Shown here in pieces: positions 1 through 8,165 of a stretch of 64,000 nucleotides of DNA (position 1 is the stretch's first letter; each line of letters opens with the position of its first letter). The DNA comes from a virus. Below the pieces are notes generated by a model, which searched no databases, was not told the origin of the DNA, and was given only the letters and a program-made list of their open reading frames with translations. A program made the translations under genes and the position numbers. The stretch covers positions 1 through 64,000 of the IMG/VR virus record IMGVR_UViG_3300025617_000013. The stretch is one strand, 5' to 3'.

Positions 1-55
1 AAATAGGGGTTACCTATAGTGGTAATTTATACTGAGTATAGATAACGTTGGATAG

Positions 56-86
56 TTGCCTATATGAATTATATTTCTTATATTTA
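56..86 (+). promoter_or_regulatory. Bacteroidota-type host-RNAP (early) promoter TTG-N20-TATATTTA
   Basis: TTG at 56-58, 20-nt spacer, TATATTTA at 79-86; same spacing recurs at 7 other sites. Confidence 0.7.
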
Positions 87-114
87 GGTATATTAATAAT
101 TAAAAGGTTATACT

Positions 115-258
115 ATGAATCAAACAACAATCATCTCCTCTCACTCAACCCTTCACACTATCATCTACAATCTATTAGACTCCGGATATATCACTCCGGA
201 AACAACCGACGATCTTATCTCGGCCGTAAACAACTCCCCTTCCCAAAATATTTACTAG
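115..258 (+). CDS. small early hypothetical protein, 47 aa (MNQTTIISSHSTLHTIIYNLLDSGYITPETTDDLISAVNNSPSQNIY)
   Basis: Translated by hand; lies just downstream of promoter 56-86 and an AAAGGTT motif; preferred over the track ORF 48..266. Confidence 0.55.
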   Translation: MNQTTIISSHSTLHTIIYNLLDSGYITPETTDDLISAVNNSPSQNIY

Positions 259-311
259 GGGGGTAATTAACCATAGAGATATAAACAAAGATAAATTAAA
301 CAATAAAGGTT

Positions 312-473
312 ATGAACAAATCAAACAAGTACCCAAACGGTTATCTACCAAAGATCAATTTCTGGCAAGAGAGATATGAACAGGCTAAGAGTGATAACGA
401 TCTCAGTACAATGGAGTATTGTCTGGATAAGTTAATCTATTTTGTTAAACGTCAACAAGTGGTATATGCTTAA
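312..473 (+). CDS. small early hypothetical protein, 53 aa (MNKSNKYPNGYLPKINFWQERYEQAK...)
   Basis: Translated by hand; AAAGGTT immediately precedes the ATG; stop overlaps start of next gene. Confidence 0.65.
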   Translation: MNKSNKYPNGYLPKINFWQERYEQAKSDNDLSTMEYCLDKLIYFVKRQQVVYA

Positions 474-672
474 TAAAGATAAACTAATTGATATATCTAT
501 AGTGGCTGGTATAGTATCAGCATTTATATTAATAGCTTTGATGGTAGGTCCGGCTATTAAGTTCTTCTTTAGAGGACTATTAGCTATGATGAACCATCCA
601 TTAGAGGCTCTATGCTTCTTTGGCCTACTAACAATTTTATGGTCGGCTGCGGTATGGGTGAGTGAAAAGTGA
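466..672 (+). CDS. small membrane protein (2 predicted TM segments)
   Basis: ATG at 466 overlaps the end of the previous ORF; two hydrophobic stretches. Confidence 0.6.
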   Translation: MLNKDKLIDISIVAGIVSAFILIALMVGPAIKFFFRGLLAMMNHPLEALCFFGLLTILWSAAVWVSEK

Positions 673-807
673 GATAAGCTAGACATCACCTTGATATAAC
701 ACTGACAGTAAAGTTCCCTAAAGGGTTGGTAATCTGCAGGCTGCTGCCATACGTATTCGCATAATTCCTATAACTTTCACTATATAGTAATATATATTTA
801 TATATTG

Positions 808-993
808 TTATGAGGTATCCTCTTCCTTAACATCGTCTATATATGTGTTCGAAGGGTTAAGTACGTATAAAACCATTAGTATAGACCATAATACAGGTAT
901 AATAGCTAATATAGGCTTATATACTATGATATAATACCATATTGAAGCAGTAATTAATGCTATTAATGTATATGTCAGTGCTTTTATATTCAT
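808..993 (-). CDS. small membrane protein (2 TM, acidic tail)
   Basis: ORF track; two hydrophobic helices; directly downstream of minus-strand ORF 995-1147. Confidence 0.6.
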   Translation of the reverse strand: MNIKALTYTLIALITASIWYYIIVYKPILAIIPVLWSILMVLYVLNPSNTYIDDVKEEDTS

Positions 994-994
994 A

Positions 995-1147
995 TTATGT
1001 ATTCATTACCTCGGTATATGCTTTATCATATATGTCCTCTAGTTTCATCCTGGGATGATTTTCTCTTAGTTCTCCTACTCTTTGGAGTAAAACTGTTCTC
1101 TTTCCGTGTTCTTCGGCAGAATATAACATTTCTTCTAATCTAGACAT
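995..1147 (-). CDS. small hypothetical protein, 50 aa (MSRLEEMLYSAEEHGKRTVLLQRVGELRENHPRMKLEDIYDKAYTEVMNT)
   Basis: Translated by hand; sits directly after the minus-strand promoter at 1169-1199. Confidence 0.65.
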   Translation of the reverse strand: MSRLEEMLYSAEEHGKRTVLLQRVGELRENHPRMKLEDIYDKAYTEVMNT

Positions 1148-1168
1148 ATCTCAATTAATACTATTGTA

Positions 1169-1199
1169 ATAATATAAGAACTTTTTGGGTAAAAAGCAA
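1169..1199 (-). promoter_or_regulatory. Bacteroidota-type early promoter on minus strand (divergent pair with 1231-1261)
   Basis: Reverse complement reads TTG-N20-TATATTAT. Confidence 0.65.
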
Positions 1200-1230
1200 G
1201 AAAACCCGGGGAAATTTTTCGGAAACTTTT

Positions 1231-1261
1231 TTGTATATAGGGAATATATTCCGTATATTTA
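1231..1261 (+). promoter_or_regulatory. Bacteroidota-type early promoter TTG-N20-TATATTTA
   Basis: TTG 1231-1233, TATATTTA 1254-1261. Confidence 0.7.
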
Positions 1262-1275
1262 TTATAAATGTAAAT

Positions 1276-1710
1276 ATGCATAAGTTAGACCCACATACTC
1301 TCTTTAGTATCTTTGAGCAAGGAGATGAAGAAGTATATAAAGAGCATGGCCAAGAGGAGGTTCTAAAGAATCCTTTTGTTCTAATGCAAATGGTAATGAG
1401 AGGTCTTGAAAACTACCAGCTTATGTGTATGATGTACTATAAGAACTACCCTAAGGAATTTGAAAAGGTAGAACATACTATTAAAAAGAAGTATTACACC
1501 AATCTTTACGGTTATTTACTACGTATAAACCTAAAATCCATTGAGACTATATTTACTATTGGGGATTCTTATGAAAAGAAACAAGTAGGTGAAGCTTTAA
1601 ATACGTTACTTTCTTATTTTGAAAATATAGAGGAATATGAAAAATGTGCTCAAATAGTACCTTATATTCAAATGCTTGTATTAGAAGAGGTTAAGAATCT
1701 TATTAAATAA
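1276..1710 (+). CDS. hypothetical protein with C-terminal UVR-like 'EEYEKCA' motif
   Basis: ORF track 1231..1710; start moved to ATG 1276 because the upstream part overlaps the promoter. Confidence 0.7.
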   Translation: MHKLDPHTLFSIFEQGDEEVYKEHGQEEVLKNPFVLMQMVMRGLENYQLMCMMYYKNYPKEFEKVEHTIKKKYYTNLYGYLLRINLKSIETIFTIGDSYEKKQVGEALNTLLSYFENIEEYEKCAQIVPYIQMLVLEEVKNLIK

Positions 1711-1724
1711 AGTTACTTAATTAG

Positions 1725-1755
1725 TTGCCTAACTAACTTTTTTTTCGTATATTTA
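1725..1755 (+). promoter_or_regulatory. Bacteroidota-type early promoter TTG-N20-TATATTTA
   Basis: TTG 1725-1727, TATATTTA 1748-1755. Confidence 0.75.
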
Positions 1756-1773
1756 AGTATAAATAAAAAGGTT

Positions 1774-2172
1774 ATGGCAGATTCAAATTCAAACATTCAT
1801 TCAATCAACAATCAAGAGCAATTCGAAGATACCCTTATGTGGGTTTCGGATTTATATAAAGACGTTAATGGTTTTAGACCTAGAGGTTATAACTTCCATA
1901 AATGGACTTTTCAAGAATTAGCTGATTTCGTTACTGATCTTATGGCTTTAAGTGCTGAACAGGCAGAGGAAGAGAGGGTATACGTTAATAAAGCTATAGA
2001 TGATGTGGTATCAGTAGGAGCTGGTGATAAAGAAACGGCATTAAGATGGTTAGATCAAGCTGATGCTTACTTCATGTATGGAGATGATGAGTTCTATGAA
2101 GATAGTATAGAGAAGTATGGATGGGTAGCTAGTCATATGGAGAAGAATACTAATTTAAAATCTGTAGCGTAA
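1774..2172 (+). CDS. phage early hypothetical protein (SDLYKDVNGFRPR motif)
   Basis: ORF track; follows promoter and AAAGGTT-ATG. Confidence 0.8.
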   Translation: MADSNSNIHSINNQEQFEDTLMWVSDLYKDVNGFRPRGYNFHKWTFQELADFVTDLMALSAEQAEEERVYVNKAIDDVVSVGAGDKETALRWLDQADAYFMYGDDEFYEDSIEKYGWVASHMEKNTNLKSVA

Positions 2173-2657
2173 TGAGTATAGGGAGAATAACAATAGAAGA
2201 AGCTGAAGGTCTAATCAAAATCACTAACGACTTAGACAATGCTAAGTACTTTACAATAACACCATCTATAGATCCTCAGCAAGCATCCGAAGGATGGGAA
2301 TCAGTAACTTACTATAGTGATAAGAAACGTACGTACCAGATACCGACTAACGTTCCTAACGCTCAATGGGTATATGTACTTTCTAATCCTTCAATGCCTG
2401 GAATGGTTAAGATAGGGTATACTAATAATGAACCTGATGTACGTGTAAAGGAAATAAATCGTGCTACGGGTATACCTACTGATTTTATAGTAGAGTTTGC
2501 TCTACCGTGTGTTAATGGATATGAGGTTGAACAATTAGTTCATGAAGAGTTAGAGGACTTACGAGTAAATAATAGAAAAGAGTTTTTTAAAATAAGTGTC
2601 GAAGATGCAGTATACCTAATTCAAGAGATAGGAGAAGATTATGAAATCAAAGAATAA
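2172..2657 (+). CDS. T5orf172 / GIY-YIG-like domain protein
   Basis: VYVLSNPSMPGMVKIGYT...ATGIPTDF...E..VH...RKEFF signature. Confidence 0.8.
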   Translation: MSIGRITIEEAEGLIKITNDLDNAKYFTITPSIDPQQASEGWESVTYYSDKKRTYQIPTNVPNAQWVYVLSNPSMPGMVKIGYTNNEPDVRVKEINRATGIPTDFIVEFALPCVNGYEVEQLVHEELEDLRVNNRKEFFKISVEDAVYLIQEIGEDYEIKE

Positions 2658-3027
2658 TTCGCGATGCAACTTGCGCGCGTTTCGCGCGGCGGCCTTCGGC
2701 TTAGTTGTTTTTATTAATTTATTATATGTTGCACCTGTTGCTGCTCAAAGTTTATATGTAGTTGAGTCTTTTTTTAAAGCGGATTTAGTAATTCATGAAG
2801 TTAAATATGCTAGCCAAGCAGATGTATTGGTGTGTAGAGTTAAGTATCCTTACAGAGCTAAGGGGAATATAGGACATTGGCACTTTACAGATAATATATT
2901 TTTAGCATCTAAATCGATTTTTTTCACTAAATATAGTTATCGAGCAGATATAAACGTGTATTATGTTAAATATCCAAGTCAGTCAAAGTGGATTACTAAA
3001 GAAAAAAAGAAATTATTTGAATATTAG
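2641..3027 (+). CDS. DUF6150-like secreted protein (Bacteroidota-type); start uncertain
   Basis: Signal-peptide-like segment ending VAAQ; repeated AD-x-x-V-x-x-VKY motifs; G-x-W-x-F. Confidence 0.6.
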   Translation: MKSKNNSRCNLRAFRAAAFGLVVFINLLYVAPVAAQSLYVVESFFKADLVIHEVKYASQADVLVCRVKYPYRAKGNIGHWHFTDNIFLASKSIFFTKYSYRADINVYYVKYPSQSKWITKEKKKLFEY

Positions 3028-3058
3028 TTGTTATTCTGCAAAATTTTTAATATCTTCG
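3028..3058 (+). promoter_or_regulatory. probable early promoter TTG-N20-TATCTTCG
   Basis: Same spacing as the other promoters, weaker -7 element. Confidence 0.5.
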
Positions 3059-3168
3059 ATATATGTTATATAAGATAATTAATAAGATATAATAAAAAAT
3101 ATATTTTAAATAAATATAAATAAGTAATTAATAATATAGATATAATATCTTAATAAATAATAAAGTAT

Positions 3169-3903
3169 ATGTCATTAACAGCCGAGCTTATAGCTAAAAA
3201 TTACGAAAAACACTTAAAGATTATAGAAACTTACATAGGAGAGCGTAAAGATTCTATATTTAATATGTTAAAACATATGGAGGAAGTTTATATGATGGCG
3301 CCTGCAAGTGGGAAAACTTGGTACCATAATGCTTTTCCTGGTGGATATGTAGATCATGTTAATAGAGTGGTTCAATATGCTATAGAACAACATAGATTAT
3401 ATATTAAGATGGGAGGGATTGCTGATTATACTGAGGAACAGTTAGTGTTTTCTGCTCTTTTCCATGATTTAGGTAAGATAGGTGATGGAGATAAACCAAA
3501 TTATATACCTCAGACTGATAAATGGCGTCAAGATAAGTTATCAGAAATGTATACATATAATCCAGAATTAGATTTTATGTTAATACCGGATAGATCTTTA
3601 TTCATTCTACAAAAATTTCAAATACCGGTAGATCAGAAGGAGTTTTTAGGTATTAGATGTCATGATGGAGTGTTCGATAAAGCAAATGAAGCATATTTTT
3701 TTAGTAATGTAGAGTCTTCTAGACAAAAAACAGCATTAATTTCAGTTCTACACAGTGCAGACTTCTTAGCTTCAAAGGTTGAGTACGATATATGGAAAAC
3801 TAACGGTGGAACCACTATTCAAAAGACTAAAAAAACAGAAACCTCAACTGGTAAACGAGTAAATGCCTCAGAAGGCTTAACAAATATGTTAAAAAACCTA
3901 TAA
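3169..3903 (+). CDS. HD-domain phosphohydrolase (YhaM-like)
   Basis: APAS...HNAFPGGYVDH, HDLGK, HDG, HSAD motifs. Confidence 0.85.
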   Translation: MSLTAELIAKNYEKHLKIIETYIGERKDSIFNMLKHMEEVYMMAPASGKTWYHNAFPGGYVDHVNRVVQYAIEQHRLYIKMGGIADYTEEQLVFSALFHDLGKIGDGDKPNYIPQTDKWRQDKLSEMYTYNPELDFMLIPDRSLFILQKFQIPVDQKEFLGIRCHDGVFDKANEAYFFSNVESSRQKTALISVLHSADFLASKVEYDIWKTNGGTTIQKTKKTETSTGKRVNASEGLTNMLKNL

Positions 3904-3907
3904 AATC

Positions 3908-4222
3908 ATGAATACTATTACTTTTTACATTATTTCCGGAATTTTAGTTGGAGTTTTAGTTATTTTATCGTATATTATTAGAAACCTACTAATGAAGGTA
4001 GAGAAATACGAAGATGTAACTATTAACCAAACACAGTACCTTCAAAATATCTCTGATTTAATAGGTAGATCACAAAAGCACCTTGCCAAACTAGATGAAA
4101 GAGGGGTCTTTCAATCAGACGATGAGGTCGGTTATTTTTTTGAACAAATGAAACTAGTACAAAAAGAGCTAGACCGATATATGCTCCCTGAAAATTATGG
4201 CAAGAAAGAAAAGCAAAGCTAA
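3908..4222 (+). CDS. membrane-anchored hypothetical protein
   Basis: N-terminal TM helix followed by coiled coil. Confidence 0.7.
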   Translation: MNTITFYIISGILVGVLVILSYIIRNLLMKVEKYEDVTINQTQYLQNISDLIGRSQKHLAKLDERGVFQSDDEVGYFFEQMKLVQKELDRYMLPENYGKKEKQS

Positions 4223-4901
4223 TTACTTTACAGCAGAGACAGAAGACTTTATTAACAAGTATAACTCCTCTACCGACAACGAGTATAGGAATAAAGTATT
4301 TACCGAACATATATACCTCCCTTTTTATAAGTTAGCAGAGAATATTATTCATACTTTTAAATTCTACTATACAGATGTAGATAAAATAGAAGATTTAAAG
4401 CATGAGATAGTCTCTATGTTATTAGAAGAGAAGATTATGAAGTTTGACGCCAATAATGGTGCAAAAGCTTATTCCTATTTTGGTACTATAGTTAAAAGGT
4501 GGTTGATTAACTACAACAATAAGAATTATAAAAAGCTTAAAAAGATAGGTACGTTCGATGAAATGTACGATAGCTACGAAACTGATTTTAATGTAGACGA
4601 TGAAAATGCTATTACCCTAGGTAAATTCTTAGATAATTATGTAGAGGAGATGTATACAGATCTTGATGAACTGTTTCCCAAAGATAGTGAAAGAAAGATA
4701 GCTGATGCGATTCTTACTATATTTAAAACGAGACAAGATTTAGACATATTTAAGAAAAAAGCACTCTACATATATATACGCGAAATGACAGATTGTGAAA
4801 CTCCACACCTTACTAAAGTAGTAAACAGACTTAAAGAAGAGTTTTATGCACTGTATAGTGAATATAATAATATAGGACTAATTAAAACAAAGTTAGTTTA
4901 A
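4197..4901 (+). CDS. late-transcription sigma factor (T4 gp55-like)
   Basis: Sigma region-2-like 'EDLKHE...KFD...KAYSYFGTIVKRWL'; placed directly before the late gene block. Confidence 0.7.
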   Translation: MARKKSKANYFTAETEDFINKYNSSTDNEYRNKVFTEHIYLPFYKLAENIIHTFKFYYTDVDKIEDLKHEIVSMLLEEKIMKFDANNGAKAYSYFGTIVKRWLINYNNKNYKKLKKIGTFDEMYDSYETDFNVDDENAITLGKFLDNYVEEMYTDLDELFPKDSERKIADAILTIFKTRQDLDIFKKKALYIYIREMTDCETPHLTKVVNRLKEEFYALYSEYNNIGLIKTKLV

Positions 4902-4904
4902 AAC

Positions 4905-4912
4905 TATTTATA
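4905..4912 (+). promoter_or_regulatory. putative late promoter TATTTATA
   Basis: Motif recurs upstream of about 17 late genes (see findings). Confidence 0.7.
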
Positions 4913-4927
4913 AGAAAAAGATCTACC

Positions 4928-5293
4928 ATGGACAGTAGTAAAGAAATATTTAAGGGTAAATCTCTTTCTGATCTATTCGGTGAAATATACGATAACTCTA
5001 AAGAAACGAAATCACAAGTAAAAGCATTAATTGGTGAATTAAAACCATTAATTGAAAATATAGGAGACGCTACTTTGATAGTACCTATGATTAAAGAGTA
5101 TATGGAGATAGGTGTAAAAAATGATGAACACCTAATTAAACTAGCCACAGTAATACAACGTATTGAAGCGATTCAAGCTAAAGGGAGTGATAGTGAAATG
5201 TTTGATTTTGAATCGTTACAAGACCTTCTAGAAGAATCTCAAGAGATACAAGAAGAAGTAAAAAACGTTTCTGAAGAAGAAAACGAAGAATGA
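4928..5293 (+). CDS. helical hypothetical protein (possibly small terminase-like)
   Basis: ORF track; helical with acidic tail; function not recognisable. Confidence 0.6.
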   Translation: MDSSKEIFKGKSLSDLFGEIYDNSKETKSQVKALIGELKPLIENIGDATLIVPMIKEYMEIGVKNDEHLIKLATVIQRIEAIQAKGSDSEMFDFESLQDLLEESQEIQEEVKNVSEEENEE

Positions 5294-6474
5294 GCTTTAT
5301 AGACTATAACTTTCGTACCAGATCTACACCTTCTAGTGTTAAAGACATCCAAAAGGACTTCCTAGGCCCAGCTAGAGTTATCGATATTATTATGGACGAT
5401 ACTCACCCTGACTATAGTAAATACGACGGTCCTAGTAGTATAGGTATGATTTTTTATAGACTAATCTCCGAAACCGGTCTCGATACGACAGAAGACGGTG
5501 AACAGGAATTTACAGGTCAAGCATACCCTATAAGTAGTTATCAAAAACTTTTACCTCTTAAAAATGAAATAGTGTTCTTAACCAAAGGACCAGACCCACT
5601 AGTAGACGAAGGATCAGGAGAAGGTAGATTTTACTATATAACACCGTACGCTATTTGGAACCACCCTCATCATAACGCTATACCTGTACGTACAGAAGAT
5701 AAACCTGAGAACGTTAATATAGGTAAAGGTATAGAAGCTAATAATAAAATAGCTCCCCTTCTACCATTTCCCGGTGATATGTTACTAGAAGGCAGGCTAG
5801 GACAGTCAATAAGGTTTACAGGTAATGCAGCAGGAAAATCGCCTTTTACAGATAGTTCTAATACTAATAAACCGTTACTAATTATAAGCAATGGACAGAA
5901 AGAAACAAGTAATGGATTTGAACACATAGTAGAGGATATAAACGAAGACCCTTCTTCCATATATTTTACCTCAGATAATACTATTCAATTAAATTTAGCA
6001 AATAATAAAAGAGACTCATATAATGAACTCCCTGATAATCCATCTAACTATAAAGGATCCCAATTACTTTTTAATAGCGATAGGTTAACTTTAAATGCAA
6101 GAGAGAGCGACATTTTATTATCAAGTGCTATATCTATAGGTTTAAACTCTAACACAGTAAATATAGATGGAAATGAATACATGTGTATTGATGCAGATAA
6201 AATCTATCTAGGAGTTAAAGCTAGAACTAATCAAGGAGCTAATAAACAACCAGCTGTCTTAGGACATAGAATGGAAGCATTTATGCAAGATGTGCTAGAT
6301 CAACTTATAGGATTAGCAAAATCAATGGGTAAAGCAAAAACAGTTAAAGGCGATCCTATCCCTACTATTAACCTAAGAGGTAACTCTGCTCAAATAGTAT
6401 TAAATCAACTTAAAAGACAATTAAATCCAAAAGGAAATAGTAATCTTAAGTCTAAAAAATTATATATTGAATAA
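5290..6474 (+). CDS. baseplate central spike/hub protein (gp5/gpV-like)
   Basis: OB-fold-like N-terminus (LPLKNEIVFL), GDMLLEGRLGQSIRF, beta-helix-like repeats, QPAVLG; position before gp25. Confidence 0.65.
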   Translation: MSFIDYNFRTRSTPSSVKDIQKDFLGPARVIDIIMDDTHPDYSKYDGPSSIGMIFYRLISETGLDTTEDGEQEFTGQAYPISSYQKLLPLKNEIVFLTKGPDPLVDEGSGEGRFYYITPYAIWNHPHHNAIPVRTEDKPENVNIGKGIEANNKIAPLLPFPGDMLLEGRLGQSIRFTGNAAGKSPFTDSSNTNKPLLIISNGQKETSNGFEHIVEDINEDPSSIYFTSDNTIQLNLANNKRDSYNELPDNPSNYKGSQLLFNSDRLTLNARESDILLSSAISIGLNSNTVNIDGNEYMCIDADKIYLGVKARTNQGANKQPAVLGHRMEAFMQDVLDQLIGLAKSMGKAKTVKGDPIPTINLRGNSAQIVLNQLKRQLNPKGNSNLKSKKLYIE

Positions 6475-7295
6475 TGCCGTGTAGTATACCTCCATCGAAT
6501 CTTGCGGCGTTTATAGCCAAATATTTAGCAAAGCTAGAAGCTTACGTTATAGCTAAAGTTTACGAAGAAGTAAATAAAATAATAGAACAGCTCCTAGGAC
6601 AAGTATGTCCACCTGTAGAAGAACTTAAAAGGTTAGTAGCAGTTAGAGATAACCTACTTAATATGATAAACGGGCTAGAAAAAAAAATAGAACCCGTAAA
6701 AAAATTTGCTAATGCTCTTAACCCGCCCATACAGGCAGCAAAAGCTACCGTACTGGTATTAGAACAGATGCCCCTACCTACCACCATAGGTACCCCACCA
6801 GGCCCAGCAGGTGGTGTTATATTTTCCATCACAACTGGTGCACAGAATAGATTTGCTCAATTGCTTAACTTAGCATGTCAGATAGTAGACCTGTTAGAAA
6901 AAGATGTTAAGGCAATAAAAGATTTAACTGAGATTAGTTTTGACGGTCTTGAACCAGTAAAACAAAAGCTGCAGAGTATAGATCTACAACTTTTTGAATG
7001 TATAGATAAATTACCGCAAATCCAAAAAGACGAGATACTAAGCTTAATAAAAAACTTACCGTCTAACGCAGGGATTGGATTAGGTGATACCGACGGTAAA
7101 GGCAAATATTTTTATAAAAACTATACCATAACAATTCAGGAAGATAAAAACTCACCTGGTTTTGCAAAAAGAAGGTACGCTCAAGTAGAAAATGAAAACG
7201 GAGTTGTATTAATGAGAGGACCTTCATCGTTTAGTTCATCAACTAAAGTGTTGATAGACGAAATAAAATTTAGAATTAATAATCAACTTCCATAA
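6474..7295 (+). CDS. virion-associated hypothetical protein
   Basis: ORF track; translationally coupled within the baseplate operon. Confidence 0.7.
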   Translation: MPCSIPPSNLAAFIAKYLAKLEAYVIAKVYEEVNKIIEQLLGQVCPPVEELKRLVAVRDNLLNMINGLEKKIEPVKKFANALNPPIQAAKATVLVLEQMPLPTTIGTPPGPAGGVIFSITTGAQNRFAQLLNLACQIVDLLEKDVKAIKDLTEISFDGLEPVKQKLQSIDLQLFECIDKLPQIQKDEILSLIKNLPSNAGIGLGDTDGKGKYFYKNYTITIQEDKNSPGFAKRRYAQVENENGVVLMRGPSSFSSSTKVLIDEIKFRINNQLP

Positions 7296-7312
7296 CTTAA
7301 CTATTTATTAAT

Positions 7313-7753
7313 ATGAAACTAGATCAATTACGTAAAATTATACGAGAAGAAGTAAGATCAGCCGTTAAGGAAGAGTTACAGGATATCCTTAACGAAGCGG
7401 TTAAACACGCTAGTACACCAAGTGTTCAAAAAGTAGCCGAACATAAGCAAGTAAACCCTACAGTACCAAAACCCTCTCCTACTAATCCGGTAGCGAGCAT
7501 TAAAACCGGTACTAAAAGCTTAGATGAAATGCTAAGACAAACTCAAGCTAGTATGACTAATGAGGAATACAAAAACGTATTTGCAGGCACATCAGACATG
7601 GTACAGGGAATGCCAAATATGGCATCTACTATGATGAATCAAATGAGTATGAATGCAGGAAGACAGTCTGGATTAGATATTTCTAATTTAGACTTTGTAA
7701 GTAAAGCTAAAGCAGTATTAGACGCTTCTAATAAAAAACAACAATTAGTATAA
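7313..7753 (+). CDS. hypothetical protein with CTS-like leader MKLDQLRKIIREE
   Basis: ORF track; TATTTATT at 7302-7309. Confidence 0.75.
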   Translation: MKLDQLRKIIREEVRSAVKEELQDILNEAVKHASTPSVQKVAEHKQVNPTVPKPSPTNPVASIKTGTKSLDEMLRQTQASMTNEEYKNVFAGTSDMVQGMPNMASTMMNQMSMNAGRQSGLDISNLDFVSKAKAVLDASNKKQQLV

Positions 7754-7754
7754 A

Positions 7755-8165
7755 ATGGCATTTGAAGCGAAGAAAATAAACCCACTAGACCTACAACCAA
7801 GAAAAGCTGTAGGAGTATCTATACCTTTTTCGGGTAAAGCTGTGTTTAATTCTACGTATCAAACTAAGGATGCTATAAAAGCTAATTTAATTAATTATAT
7901 TTTAACAGGTAAAGGAGAAAGGTATTTTAACCCTACATTTGGATCCGGTTTAAGAAATTTAATCTTTGAAAATATTAATCGAGATAATCTAACTGAACTC
8001 GAATTCTTAATAAGAGACGCTTTACAGAAATATTTTCCTAAATTAGAGATTTTAAACTTAAACGTACAAGGAGCACCAGACTCTAACTTAGTAAGTTTTA
8101 CTCTTAATTTCAGAGTTGTAGATACTCAAGTAGAGGACGAAATAACAATAAACTTTGAACAATAA
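7755..8165 (+). CDS. baseplate wedge subunit, gp25/GPW family
   Basis: IKANLINYILTGKGERYFNPTFGSGL signature. Confidence 0.9.
   Translation: MAFEAKKINPLDLQPRKAVGVSIPFSGKAVFNSTYQTKDAIKANLINYILTGKGERYFNPTFGSGLRNLIFENINRDNLTELEFLIRDALQKYFPKLEILNLNVQGAPDSNLVSFTLNFRVVDTQVEDEITINFEQ

Noticed and set aside
48-266. ORF-track 72-aa ORF
   Set aside because: Its TTG start overlaps the promoter; the alternative-frame ATG ORF 115..258 fits the promoter and AAAGGTT motif better.
673-807. Possible tRNA/ncRNA between convergent genes
   Set aside because: No cloverleaf, T-loop or convincing long stem could be identified by eye.
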